22,087 nt of DNA, taken from assembly GCA_036478295.1 (NCBI GenBank), contig JAZGDW010000293.1, positions 1 through 22,087 of the forward strand, written 5' to 3'. Positions 10,154 through 19,600 of the stretch are shown piece by piece. Source of the stretch: Candidatus Krumholzibacteriia bacterium (GTDB lineage: Bacteria > Krumholzibacteriota > Krumholzibacteriia > WVZY01). A program made the position numbers and the translations under genes. The notes beneath the pieces were generated by a model that worked only from the letters and a program-made list of their open reading frames with translations, had not been told where the DNA came from and did not search any database. Position 1 is the first letter of the stretch. Every line of letters starts with the position of its first letter.

Positions 10154-11707
10154 CTAGTCTCTCGCCCCACCGAACTGCTTTACCGCCTCGGGGTCGCGCA
10201 CATAAGGCCGCACGTTTTCGGGGAACTCACGGGGACGGTAGAACTTCCTGAAATCCGAGTTGCGCCAGATCTCCCGGTCGCTGAGGAAATACGCCGTCTT
10301 GGCGCGCCCCAGCCCGCCGAAGAGGATCACGTCGGGGCGCTGCCGAACCACCCAGTGCCCGTCACCGGCCTGGTGCCCGTAGGCCAGCGACCGGTCCCGT
10401 CTCCCACGGGTGGCGATGTGCTTGTTGTTCAACCCCAGCATATCGATGGTCGACATGCCGGAGTAGTACGGAATGATCCCCGCCGCATTGAGGGCGACTA
10501 CGGTGTCCGACGGATAGTTTTCCTTCAGATAGAGACCGGTTGCCTTTCTCCTTGTGAAGCCCGTTCGCCACAACGCGATCTGTTCTCTGACGGGCATCTG
10601 GAAACTGCCCCCGATAATTGTTCCGTAATTATAATTTGCGACATGAAACGTGCTGATAACCACCAGCGCCACGATTACGACCGCCACGTGGAGACGGCGA
10701 AATCCTAGAACCACCGTCAAATAGATGACGGGAAGCACCGGCAGAAGCGCCCGGTGCCCGACGAGGTTGTCTCCACCCTTGATCGTGAGGTTGACGACGT
10801 AGAGGAGAATCACCACGAAGAGCGGAGTGGCCGCCGGTCCCATCACCTTGCGACGATGGGCGGCAAGATACACCAGGGCCAGAACGACCACAACCTTGGC
10901 CTTGATAAAATGGATCAAGTAGAGAAGACCCTGGCCGGTATTCGCCAGGCCGGCGCCAGCTTTTGCATGGTACGTATTGGGCACGAACGATCCGTAGTAG
11001 ACGCGGGCGGCGAGCACCACGGGAACTATCATAATCGCAAGCCACAGCAGGCACCTGCCGACCGCGAATGTCCTCGACCTCCAGGCGAGAAAGGCGATGA
11101 CCATTCCCGCGACCAGCACTCCCTCCGGGCGCGCAAAGATGGTCAGCGCGAGCACCAGCGGCAGGGTGAAGGAGCGCAGTGTTTTCCGCGCATCGGCCGC
11201 ATATGCGAACTGAAGCGCCAGGAGAACCATGCCGGCAAAGAAAATCGTCTCGAGTCCGTTACCCATGTAGAAGGCGAAGTCGCCGGTCCCCGCCAGGAGC
11301 GCGGGCGCTATCAACGACCGCGCCCTGGACAGTCCGACCCGGCGGCCGAGGAGGTACACCATCACTATGACAAAGAGGCTTGATGCCATGCTCATGCGCT
11401 CCGGCACGGCGGGCAGCGCCTCCGTAATGAGCCGGCCCACCGCGATGAACGCGACCCACAGCACGCTGGTGAATCCCTGGACTTTCATCCCATTGAATGT
11501 GAGTCCGTTACCTTCGAAGAGATTTTTTATGTAGACCAGGTAAATATACGTGTCGTCGCACGCCGCGTAAATCTCGCGAGCGTAGAATACCGAAGCGGCG
11601 AAAACCGCCCCCAATGCCACCGCGACGCCCAGTGTCGCGGGGATGGAGGCACCGTGACCGGTAGCCGGGCTCTCATTCAGTTGGTTGGCGGTTTCGACTT
11701 CGTGCAT
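10154..11707 (-). CDS. Polytopic membrane glycosyltransferase of the GT-C superfamily (ArnT/AftB-like)
   Basis: DD motif after the first TM helix (CDDTYI...KNL..GNGLTFNG..VQGFTS.LW), GLET, RPEG, PNTY.AK, many hydrophobic segments and a soluble C-terminal domain (AAG.IPYYS...IDMLGL). Confidence 0.78.
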   Translation of the reverse strand: MHEVETANQLNESPATGHGASIPATLGVAVALGAVFAASVFYAREIYAACDDTYIYLVYIKNLFEGNGLTFNGMKVQGFTSVLWVAFIAVGRLITEALPAVPERMSMASSLFVIVMVYLLGRRVGLSRARSLIAPALLAGTGDFAFYMGNGLETIFFAGMVLLALQFAYAADARKTLRSFTLPLVLALTIFARPEGVLVAGMVIAFLAWRSRTFAVGRCLLWLAIMIVPVVLAARVYYGSFVPNTYHAKAGAGLANTGQGLLYLIHFIKAKVVVVLALVYLAAHRRKVMGPAATPLFVVILLYVVNLTIKGGDNLVGHRALLPVLPVIYLTVVLGFRRLHVAVVIVALVVISTFHVANYNYGTIIGGSFQMPVREQIALWRTGFTRRKATGLYLKENYPSDTVVALNAAGIIPYYSGMSTIDMLGLNNKHIATRGRRDRSLAYGHQAGDGHWVVRQRPDVILFGGLGRAKTAYFLSDREIWRNSDFRKFYRPREFPENVRPYVRDPEAVKQFGGARD

Positions 11708-11713
11708 GGACCG

Positions 11714-11884
11714 TTAGCCGCGGCGCCGGCACTTCTTCAGCGCTGCCTGAAACTCGGGATGGTTGCGAACCGGATCAAAATCCAGCCGTTGTAGTGTGGT
11801 GTCTTCGGCCTTGTAGACCAGTCCCATGCCGCGCTGGCCGAGTTTTTCGAAAATCTTGTAGTGCGATATGGTTTTTCCAATCAC
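11714..11884 (-). pseudogene. 56-codon remnant of a Ser/Thr kinase-TPR gene with an in-frame internal deletion
   Basis: Manual translation from GTG 11884 to TAA 11714: [56 protein letters not shown]. The first 33 aa match the kinase N-terminus at 16322 (21/33 identical) and the next 18 match its C-terminal PDLDPIRNDPRFKDILEK (9/18). GGGAG RBS at 11899-11895. Confidence 0.85.
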
Positions 11885-11916
11885 CGTGGTCAGACTCCCT
11901 TTTTACGGGCGTTCCG

Positions 11917-11945
11917 ATTCTATCAGAGATGGATTGGAACGTCAA
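11917..11945 (-). promoter_or_regulatory. Near-consensus sigma70 promoter for the mini-kinase / GT-C / methyltransferase unit
   Basis: Minus strand TTGACG (11945-11940), 17 nt, TGa-TAGAAT (11922-11917). Confidence 0.65.
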
Positions 11946-12058
11946 AAAGGCCTTGGGGTAAGCGAACGGGGTGTTCGCCCTCACGCATGGACACGAGGAA
12001 ACAAGCGAGGCGACACCAGCCGCATTCTCGCACCACGGGTACGTTCATCACCCACCGC

Positions 12059-12087
12059 TGGCCATAATTCCCGTTTCGGTCTATAAT
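12059..12087 (+). promoter_or_regulatory. Putative sigma70 promoter for the aldolase/SDR gene
   Basis: TGGCCA (12059-12064), 17 nt, perfect TATAAT (12082-12087), 50 nt upstream of the ATG at 12138. Confidence 0.5.
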
Positions 12088-12137
12088 AGCCGGGGTGCAC
12101 GCTGGGCAGTTGTCTCTACAGATCAGGTGAAACCATT

Positions 12138-14135
12138 ATGAAAAGTTTGTGGTTGGACGCGGATGCCGGGCGATACGAGGATGACCCACTCGGGCTCCGT
12201 GTCTACACGTCCCGGTTACTCGGGCGGGAGCCCTCGCTTGTGCTGGACGGCGGCGGCAACACATCGGTCAAAACAGAAGTCACCGGCCTGTTTGGGGATC
12301 GGGAGAGGGTTCTCTATATAAAGGGCAGTGGCCACGATCTCGCGAGCATAGCGGATGCGGGTTTCGCGGCCGTACGCCTGGACGTGCTGCTGCGCATGGC
12401 GCAGCTCGACGAGTTGAGCGACCGCGACATGGTACAAGCCCAACGCGCCGCGATGATCGATGCCGACGCACCCAGCCCGTCGCTCGAGGCCATCCTGCAC
12501 GCTTTTATCCCGTTCAAGTTCGTCGACCACACGCACGCCGATGCCGTGGTCACCATTACGAACACGGACGCGGGCGCCGAGCGTATTCGTGAGATCTACG
12601 GGGACCGCGTGCTCATCGTCCCGTATGTCATGCCGGGTTTCCGGCTTGCCGGCAAAATCTACGAGATGACCCGCGATATCGACTGGTCATCGCTCGAGGC
12701 CATCGTTCTTCTGAACCACGGGGTGTTTACCTTTGCCGATGACGCCCGGAAGAGCTACGAGCGGATGATCGAAATCGTCTCGCAGGCGGAGGAATACCTC
12801 GCCGCACGAGGAGCGGAGCTTCGGGTGCTGGGTGGTGCGTCTCGCGCCGCTGCCGCGGGGACGATAACCAAGGAAGACCTCCTAGAGCTGGCGCGCCTGC
12901 GGAAGGCGGTCTCGAAGACGCGGGGCGCCGCGATGCTGGCCCGGCTGGATGCGAGCAAGGAATCCGCCGCATTCTCGGCCATGAAGAACGTCGCATCGAT
13001 TGCGACCCGCGGGCCGTTGACTCCCAACCACGTGATTCGCACCAAACGGGTGCCTGTCGTCCTGGGCGAAAATCCGGTGGATGACGTGACGCGCTACGCG
13101 AAGGACTACAAGAGATATTTCGACAAGCACACCGACGGACGGCTGCCCATGCTCGATGCCGCACCGCGGTGGGCCGTGTGGCCGGAGCACGGCACGGTGG
13201 CGTTCGGACGTACCGCGGGTGACGCGGCGGCCGTTATTGATATCGCGGCCCATACCGTGGGCGCTATGGGGGCGGCCGAGGCTCTCGGAGGCTGGAAGGG
13301 CCTGCCCGAAAGAGACATCTTCGACGTCGAATACTGGGAGCTCGAACAGGCCAAAATCGCCCGGCGTGAAAAGCCACGGGCCTTCAGCGGCAAGGTCGCG
13401 CTGGTAACCGGCGCGGCGAGCGGCATCGGGCGCGCGTGCGTCGAGATGTTTCGTGGGCGCGGCACCGCCGTGGCCGCGTTGGACATTAACGCAGACGTCA
13501 TCGATATGTTCGACGGTGACGATGTGGTCGGGATCACGTGTGATGTCACGGACGACGTGGCTGTCGTACGCGCCGTCGACTCCGCAGTACGCGCCTTCGG
13601 CGGTTTGGATATCTTAGTGAGTAACGCCGGCATTTTTCCGGCCAGCGAAAGCATCGCGGAGATGAGCGCCGAAACGTGGGACCGCAGCCTTGCAATCAAT
13701 TTGTCCAGTCACCGGAAGCTGCTGCAGACCGCCTTGCCTTACCTCGAACTGGGGATCGACCCCGCCGTCGTCATCATCGCCTCGAAGAACGTGGCCGCAC
13801 CCGGGCCGGGCGCGGCCGCCTATTCGGTCGCCAAGGCCGGTCTGACCCAGCTCGGCCGTGTCGCCGCGCTCGAACTGGCGCCCGCCGGGATCCGGGTAAA
13901 CATGATTCACCCGAACAATGTCTTCGATACGGCCATCTGGACGGACGAGGTGCTCGCCGAGCGCGCGAAGCGGTACCACATGACTGTCGAGGAATACAAA
14001 ACGAACAATCTGCTGCGCGTGGACGTTACGTCCGCGGACGTTGCCGCGCTGACCTGCGAGATGGTCGGGCCGGCGTTCGCCAAGACGACGGGCGCGCAGG
14101 TGCCGATCGATGGGGGAAATGACCGCGTAATATAA
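12138..14135 (+). CDS. Bifunctional class II aldolase / short-chain dehydrogenase (RhaD-SDR/YuxG-like)
   Basis: N-terminal aldolase II motifs GGGNTSVK, KGSG.DL, PS.EA.LH, DHTHAD, NHG; linker EYWELEQAK; C-terminal SDR motifs TGAASGIG, NAG, YSVAK, GIRVN, IDGG. Confidence 0.9.
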   Translation: MKSLWLDADAGRYEDDPLGLRVYTSRLLGREPSLVLDGGGNTSVKTEVTGLFGDRERVLYIKGSGHDLASIADAGFAAVRLDVLLRMAQLDELSDRDMVQAQRAAMIDADAPSPSLEAILHAFIPFKFVDHTHADAVVTITNTDAGAERIREIYGDRVLIVPYVMPGFRLAGKIYEMTRDIDWSSLEAIVLLNHGVFTFADDARKSYERMIEIVSQAEEYLAARGAELRVLGGASRAAAAGTITKEDLLELARLRKAVSKTRGAAMLARLDASKESAAFSAMKNVASIATRGPLTPNHVIRTKRVPVVLGENPVDDVTRYAKDYKRYFDKHTDGRLPMLDAAPRWAVWPEHGTVAFGRTAGDAAAVIDIAAHTVGAMGAAEALGGWKGLPERDIFDVEYWELEQAKIARREKPRAFSGKVALVTGAASGIGRACVEMFRGRGTAVAALDINADVIDMFDGDDVVGITCDVTDDVAVVRAVDSAVRAFGGLDILVSNAGIFPASESIAEMSAETWDRSLAINLSSHRKLLQTALPYLELGIDPAVVIIASKNVAAPGPGAAAYSVAKAGLTQLGRVAALELAPAGIRVNMIHPNNVFDTAIWTDEVLAERAKRYHMTVEEYKTNNLLRVDVTSADVAALTCEMVGPAFAKTTGAQVPIDGGNDRVI

Positions 14136-14171
14136 ACGCAGACGCGGCGCCGCTTGCCAAAACTGCGGGAT

Positions 14172-16322
14172 CTACTGCTGCTTCTCCAGTATGTCCTTAA
14201 AGCGGGGGTCGTTACGGATGGGGTCGAGGTCGGGGTCGGTCTGCGCCCACCCCTTAATGGTCGCATCGTCACGCATGCCGTCCAGGGACTTGCGAAAATA
14301 GCCGATTGCATCCTCGAGTTCACCGGCGAGGGAAAAGAAACAACTAATATTATAGAGAAGCATGGGATTGTGCGGATCCAACGATACCGCCCGCCGGGCC
14401 CACTCCAGACCTTTGTCACGTTCTCCCACTTCGACCATAACGGCCGCGCCCAGCCCGTACGCGCGGGAATCATCCGGGTGTTGCTCCACGTGTTTCTCGA
14501 CGTTTTCCGCGGCACGCTGATAAGCCGCCTCCGCTCCCGCTACCAGTTTCAGCCCCTTGTACGTTTGGGCGAGGAAGGACCGCGCCTGGTAATCCTCCGG
14601 CCTCATCAGGCACGCCTGCTCGAACAACTGGGCGGCCTTCTCCAACTTTCCCTGGCTCAAACAGCAGCGTGCATAGAAGTAATAGGCCTGGTAAAGCTTG
14701 GGGTTCTGCTTCAGGGCGGTTTCGAACTCTTGTTCCGCCTTCTCGTATTCCTCGTTCAGGCATGTGATGGCGTATCCGTGGGCCGCATGGGCTTCGGCAA
14801 GGCTGGAGTCCAGCTCGAGGGCCTTCCGACTCGCTTCGAGCGCCTTTTCGACGTGCTCTTTCTTTCGACCGCAGTCGGTGAAGAGAACGCAATAGCAGTC
14901 CGCCAGACCGGCATGGGCGAGCGAATAGTCAGGATCTCTCTCGATTGCGCTCGAAAACATTTCGATAGCTTTCTCGATGCTGGTGCGGTGCCATTGATAA
15001 AAGAGCTCACGACCCTTGAGGTACACGTCGTATGCGTGTACGTTCGTTGTAGCCGTTTTTTCCATGGCCTGCTTTTCTTTCGGGGTTAGCCTGATCTTCA
15101 GCGCGTGTGCAATGTTCTGCGAGATTTCGTCCTGGACGGCAAACACGTCCTCCAACTCACGGTCGTACCGCTGCGACCAGATATGGTACCCGTCTTCAAC
15201 ATTGATCAACTGGGCCGTGATGCGCAGACGATTGCCCACCTTCCGCACACTTCCCTCGAGCAGGGTTTTTACCCTGAGCTTCTTGCCGATTTCGCAAATA
15301 TCCTCGTGTCTCTCCTTGAACACGAACGACGATGTCCTGGAAACGACACGAAGACCTTCCACGTTTGTCAGGTCATTGATGATATCCTCGGCCATACCGT
15401 CGCAGAAATACTCCTGGTCCTTATCCGCACTCATGTTGGCAAACGGCAGCACCGCGACGGAGACCTGAGGGGCCGCTGCGGGCATTTCACCCCTGGATCC
15501 TGTCACAAAAAGCTTCTTGCGCAATGTTTTCAGCTCCTCTGCCAACTCGGATGCGCTCTGGTAGCGGTCATCCAACCGCTTTGCCAACGCCCTGGCTATG
15601 ATGTGCTCCATGTCTTCTGGGAGGTCGGCGACCAGACCGGTAATCGGCATTTGATCCTCATTCAGAATCGAATACACGACCGCCTGGTCAAAATCGCCCC
15701 GGAAGGGCAGCTGGCCGCTCACCATTTCGTAGAGAACCACGCCTAGTGACCAGATATCCGTTCGGTGGTCGACGTTCTCCCCCCGAGCCTGCTCTGGAGA
15801 CATGTAGTCGACCGTCCCCAGGGACGTGCCGCTCTTGGTCACCTTCGTACGCCCGGCGAGTTTCGCGAGCCCGAAGTCTGTTATCTTCACCTGGCCCGCC
15901 AGCGTTACCATAATGTTTGCGCTCTTGATGTCGCGGTGCACGACGTTCTTATCATGCGCAGCCTGAAGACCTTCAGCAGTCTGAATGCCGATGTCCAGCA
16001 CCTCTCTCAACTCCACCGGGCGCGATTGGATTCTCTCCTTGAGGCTTTCCCCATCGATGTGGGCCATGGAAATGAAAGTCTGATTGTTTGCCTCGTCGAT
16101 CTCATAAATCGTGCAAATGTTCGGATGGTCGAGCGACGCTGCTGCCTGAGCTTCGTGGATAAACCGGGTTCTACCGGCCGGAGTGCCGAATAGGTGTGGT
16201 TGCAGGAATTTCAGGGCGACAGTGCGTTTCAGCTTGCTGTCCTCGGCTTTGTAGACGACGCCCATGCCGCCTTCGCCGAGTTTCTTCTGGACTTTGTAAT
16301 GCAGTACCGTTTGACCGATCAT
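14172..16322 (-). CDS. Hanks-type Ser/Thr protein kinase with TolB-like domain and TPR repeats (cytoplasmic)
   Basis: GEGGMG, VALK, HRDIKSAN, DFG, YMSPEQ, DIWSLG; then SVAVLPFANMS...EYFCDGMAEDII...EGSVRK.GNRLRITAQL, helical TPRs and terminal DPDLDPIRNDPRF. No TM segment seen. Start at ATG 16322 (MIGQTVLHYK); 716 aa. Confidence 0.93.
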   Translation of the reverse strand: MIGQTVLHYKVQKKLGEGGMGVVYKAEDSKLKRTVALKFLQPHLFGTPAGRTRFIHEAQAAASLDHPNICTIYEIDEANNQTFISMAHIDGESLKERIQSRPVELREVLDIGIQTAEGLQAAHDKNVVHRDIKSANIMVTLAGQVKITDFGLAKLAGRTKVTKSGTSLGTVDYMSPEQARGENVDHRTDIWSLGVVLYEMVSGQLPFRGDFDQAVVYSILNEDQMPITGLVADLPEDMEHIIARALAKRLDDRYQSASELAEELKTLRKKLFVTGSRGEMPAAAPQVSVAVLPFANMSADKDQEYFCDGMAEDIINDLTNVEGLRVVSRTSSFVFKERHEDICEIGKKLRVKTLLEGSVRKVGNRLRITAQLINVEDGYHIWSQRYDRELEDVFAVQDEISQNIAHALKIRLTPKEKQAMEKTATTNVHAYDVYLKGRELFYQWHRTSIEKAIEMFSSAIERDPDYSLAHAGLADCYCVLFTDCGRKKEHVEKALEASRKALELDSSLAEAHAAHGYAITCLNEEYEKAEQEFETALKQNPKLYQAYYFYARCCLSQGKLEKAAQLFEQACLMRPEDYQARSFLAQTYKGLKLVAGAEAAYQRAAENVEKHVEQHPDDSRAYGLGAAVMVEVGERDKGLEWARRAVSLDPHNPMLLYNISCFFSLAGELEDAIGYFRKSLDGMRDDATIKGWAQTDPDLDPIRNDPRFKDILEKQQ

Positions 16323-16632
16323 GTCATTCCCAGCGGACGATGATGGAGTGAGACTGAGAGTCCGTACGGCGCAACGATCTGCTCGAACAGGCAAACAGAC
16401 CTCACTCGCCAGCGGCGAGCGGCTTGGGCTAACCTGGTTCGAAGAGATGCAGCGGAGCCACCCTTATACATCGTATGCCTAATTGAACAATATTTCAATG
16501 CCGATCTGTCAACTGTCAATATCACACAACTGCTTTTGTGAATGGATGTTACACAGACGACGTGCGGGAGGGCCGCCCTGGCCGCACTCCTCAGAGCCTG
16601 GTCGGGGCGTTCCACTCGTGGAGCTTACTCGT

Positions 16633-19600
16633 TCAAATCATCTGCTCGGCCCGCAAGAACTCCCGGGCGTTGCTAACGACCCTGTCGATGATCCGCAGCT
16701 TGATTTCGCGCCGTTTCTTTGTTTCGCGCACGTCGATGTGCTCCCACGGCCCAAAGGCCTGTATGAGCCGGCCGGCGACGAGGTGCTCGACGAAACGACG
16801 AGTGAAGTCCTCGCCTTCCAGCAGCTCGAGGTCCCGCAGCAGGGCTTTGAGCTCCGGCTCCGGATCAGCGAGCAGCGTCCGCACGTCCTCGCCTTCGACG
16901 CCGCTGTCCAGAAGAAGACCCAGGCGAAAGATATCCTTGACCAGGCTGAGCGGGGTATTCCTCCCACCCCGACCATACTCGAGGTTCAGCACCGGTTTGC
17001 CAGCGGCCGCCTGCACCTCGCCGGCCAGCGGTGTGAGTTCCGCGCCGTGGGAATTGGCGCGGTCCATGACGATAATCGTCTTGATACTCTCGAGAGTGTT
17101 TCGTATCTCCTCGAACGGAAATGGACGGTAGGTCTTCAGCGCGAGGAGTCCGACGCTCAGTCCCTGCTCGCGCAGCTCATCCACGGCATCCATGGCCGTT
17201 CCCTCCGTAGAACCCATGGCAACGACAACAACCCGGGCGTCGTCCGTGCGGTAGTCGCGGATCCTCCGGTAGTCTCTGCCCGTCAGTTCGGCAAACTCAG
17301 CGAACACCTGGTCGATGATCGCCGGCAGGGTTTTTTGCGCTTCGGCCAGCGTCCTTACGTGCTCCGAATAGTAATCCTGCAACGCTACGGGGTTGTACGT
17401 ACCGCCCGTCTTGAGAAGACTATGCTCGGGGTCGTACTCTCCGACAAATGCCTGCACCGCTCCGTCGGACAACGTGTCGAGCATGTCCTTGTTGTGTGTA
17501 ACGATGAACCCATCCTGGTTCAAAAACGCCGGGAGACAAGCCGTTTCCGCCGCCTTCTGCGCGATGAGGGCGAAATCGTACGCCTCCTGCGCGTTTCTCA
17601 CTATGAAGTGAATCCAGCCGTCGTCCCGGAACTGGTAGAAGTCAGTGTGGCCCGCGTGGATATTCAGGGGCGCGTTGGTCTCGCGCGCCCCGACGTTAAC
17701 CACAACGGGCAGCCGCAACGACGCCGCAAGGAGGCCACCTTCCTTGCCGAGGAGCATTCCTTGTGAGGCGGTGGAAGTAACCGCCCGCACACCACATGCG
17801 GCCGCTGCGATGATGGCCATGAACGACGAGTGCTCGGACTCGGTATGGATGAATTCCGTATCGACCTTGCCGTCCGCCCAGAACTGCGAGTAGGTCTGCC
17901 CGACTTCCGTACTGGGAGTAATCGGAAACATCGCAAACACGCCGGGGTTGATCTGCCGCCACGCCTCCGCGATGGCCTCAGAGCCGGTCAGCAGCTTCTC
18001 GGGCGGAGCTTGTTCGAAACCAGAAGTCTCGGCCGCCGCCCGGCTGGGCGTTGCGGCACCTTCACAATCCGACAGCGCGGCGTCGCGGTAGGTATTCCAG
18101 AACGCATCCATGTTGCTCTGGACGATCTTCGCCGTATTGGCCTTGCCGGCAAATTCTTTGGCGAGAAGTTTCTTCCACCGCTCCTCGAGATAGTCTGCCG
18201 GAAAAGCGATCCCACGGTTCACCAGTGCCTTCAGGACACACGCCAGCAGCGTCACGGTCTCGGGTACACGATAGGATTCCCTGGCGGCGGTAGCATCCGC
18301 GACGACCAGTACCTGGGTCGCCGGAATTTCGTATCTGCGCCGCGCTTGGTCCGCGGCCAGCGGCGTGTTCAGGATAACGACACCGTCACCCACCACACCG
18401 TCCCTCCATTGCGATATCGGCCAGCCGGCGTCGTCCGGATTGACCACGATGCTGATGAAATACTTCTCGAAACTCGCCTGCGTTCTCAGCTCCCTGCCGC
18501 TGACCGTAAAGTTGGTGCCGACCGGCGCCCCGCGGCGCTCCGGTCCGTAGTCGGGCGCGGCCTTGCCAAACAAACCGACTTCTTTGAGAAGGCTGACGAA
18601 AAGCTTAGCCGCCGTCACTCCGCCGTCCCCCGCACGGGCGAATATGCGACCGGCAAGCGGGTGGGGGCCGACGACGGCCCGGTTTTTTTGTTTTTCTTTC
18701 TCATCCATTGCCGACCCGGTGGCGGCTTCGATGATTTCCTTCGCTTCGCGGGCCACGGCCGCTTTGGCGGCCCTTGCTCTGGCCAACGCGCGCTGATCCT
18801 CGATGAGCGTCGAGTATTCCTGGATAAAAACTGCGTAGAGCTTTTCCCCGAGTTCGGGATCCTTCAGCTTGTAGCCCTCCGAATCCAGGCAGCGCCGGAC
18901 GTTTTCGAGCACTCTTCGCAGAAACGGTTTTGGCTTTCCGCCTTCATCGACCCAGGAAAGTTCGTCGATATACGATTGCGTGTACCCGGCGAGGCCGAAC
19001 AGGTGTGGTTTCGTCGTGAGGTCCTTGAGCCGCTTTGCGTTTTTCTCCCGCAGGTACTCGGTCAATTCCTCCATTAACTGGTCTTTCCTCTGGGTCAGCC
19101 TGTCTTCGGCCTGTAGTTTTCGCCAGTTCATGAGCAGTTGTCGCTCGAGTTCCCGGAACTGCATCTCGTGCTCGCGCGAGACAAAGTTGCCCTTCTTATC
19201 GAAGTGCTGGGCAAACCGTCCCTCGGTCTTGAGCCACTGGAGCAGTGTTACTTTGTTCTCCGGTCTCACCCGCGGATTGAACGCGCTTGGTTCCGGCAGG
19301 GTCAACCGCGTCTCGCCGTTCTCGATCTCGAACAGCGGCCAGAACCCGCACTCGACGGCGAGTTGCGATTGTTCGGTGGTAAGTTCGGCCGGCGTCCTGT
19401 GGCCGATCGTACAATTGCTATAGCAGACGACGAACGCGGGCCCGTCGTGCTGGACGGCCTTCTTCAACTTGTTGATAAAATCAATCTGGTGGGACGGGGA
19501 CACCTTGGCGACATAGACACTATTGTGCGCGCCGGCGATGTGCTCGATGTCTTTTCGAAATTGCGGCTTGCCGGGGATCACTTCACCAATGGGCGACGTG

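Noticed and set aside
11775..12086. Short ORFs listed in the track (11775..11984, 11861..12067, 11868..12086)
   Set aside because: No motifs; they overlap the kinase remnant in other frames or strands and the divergent promoter region.
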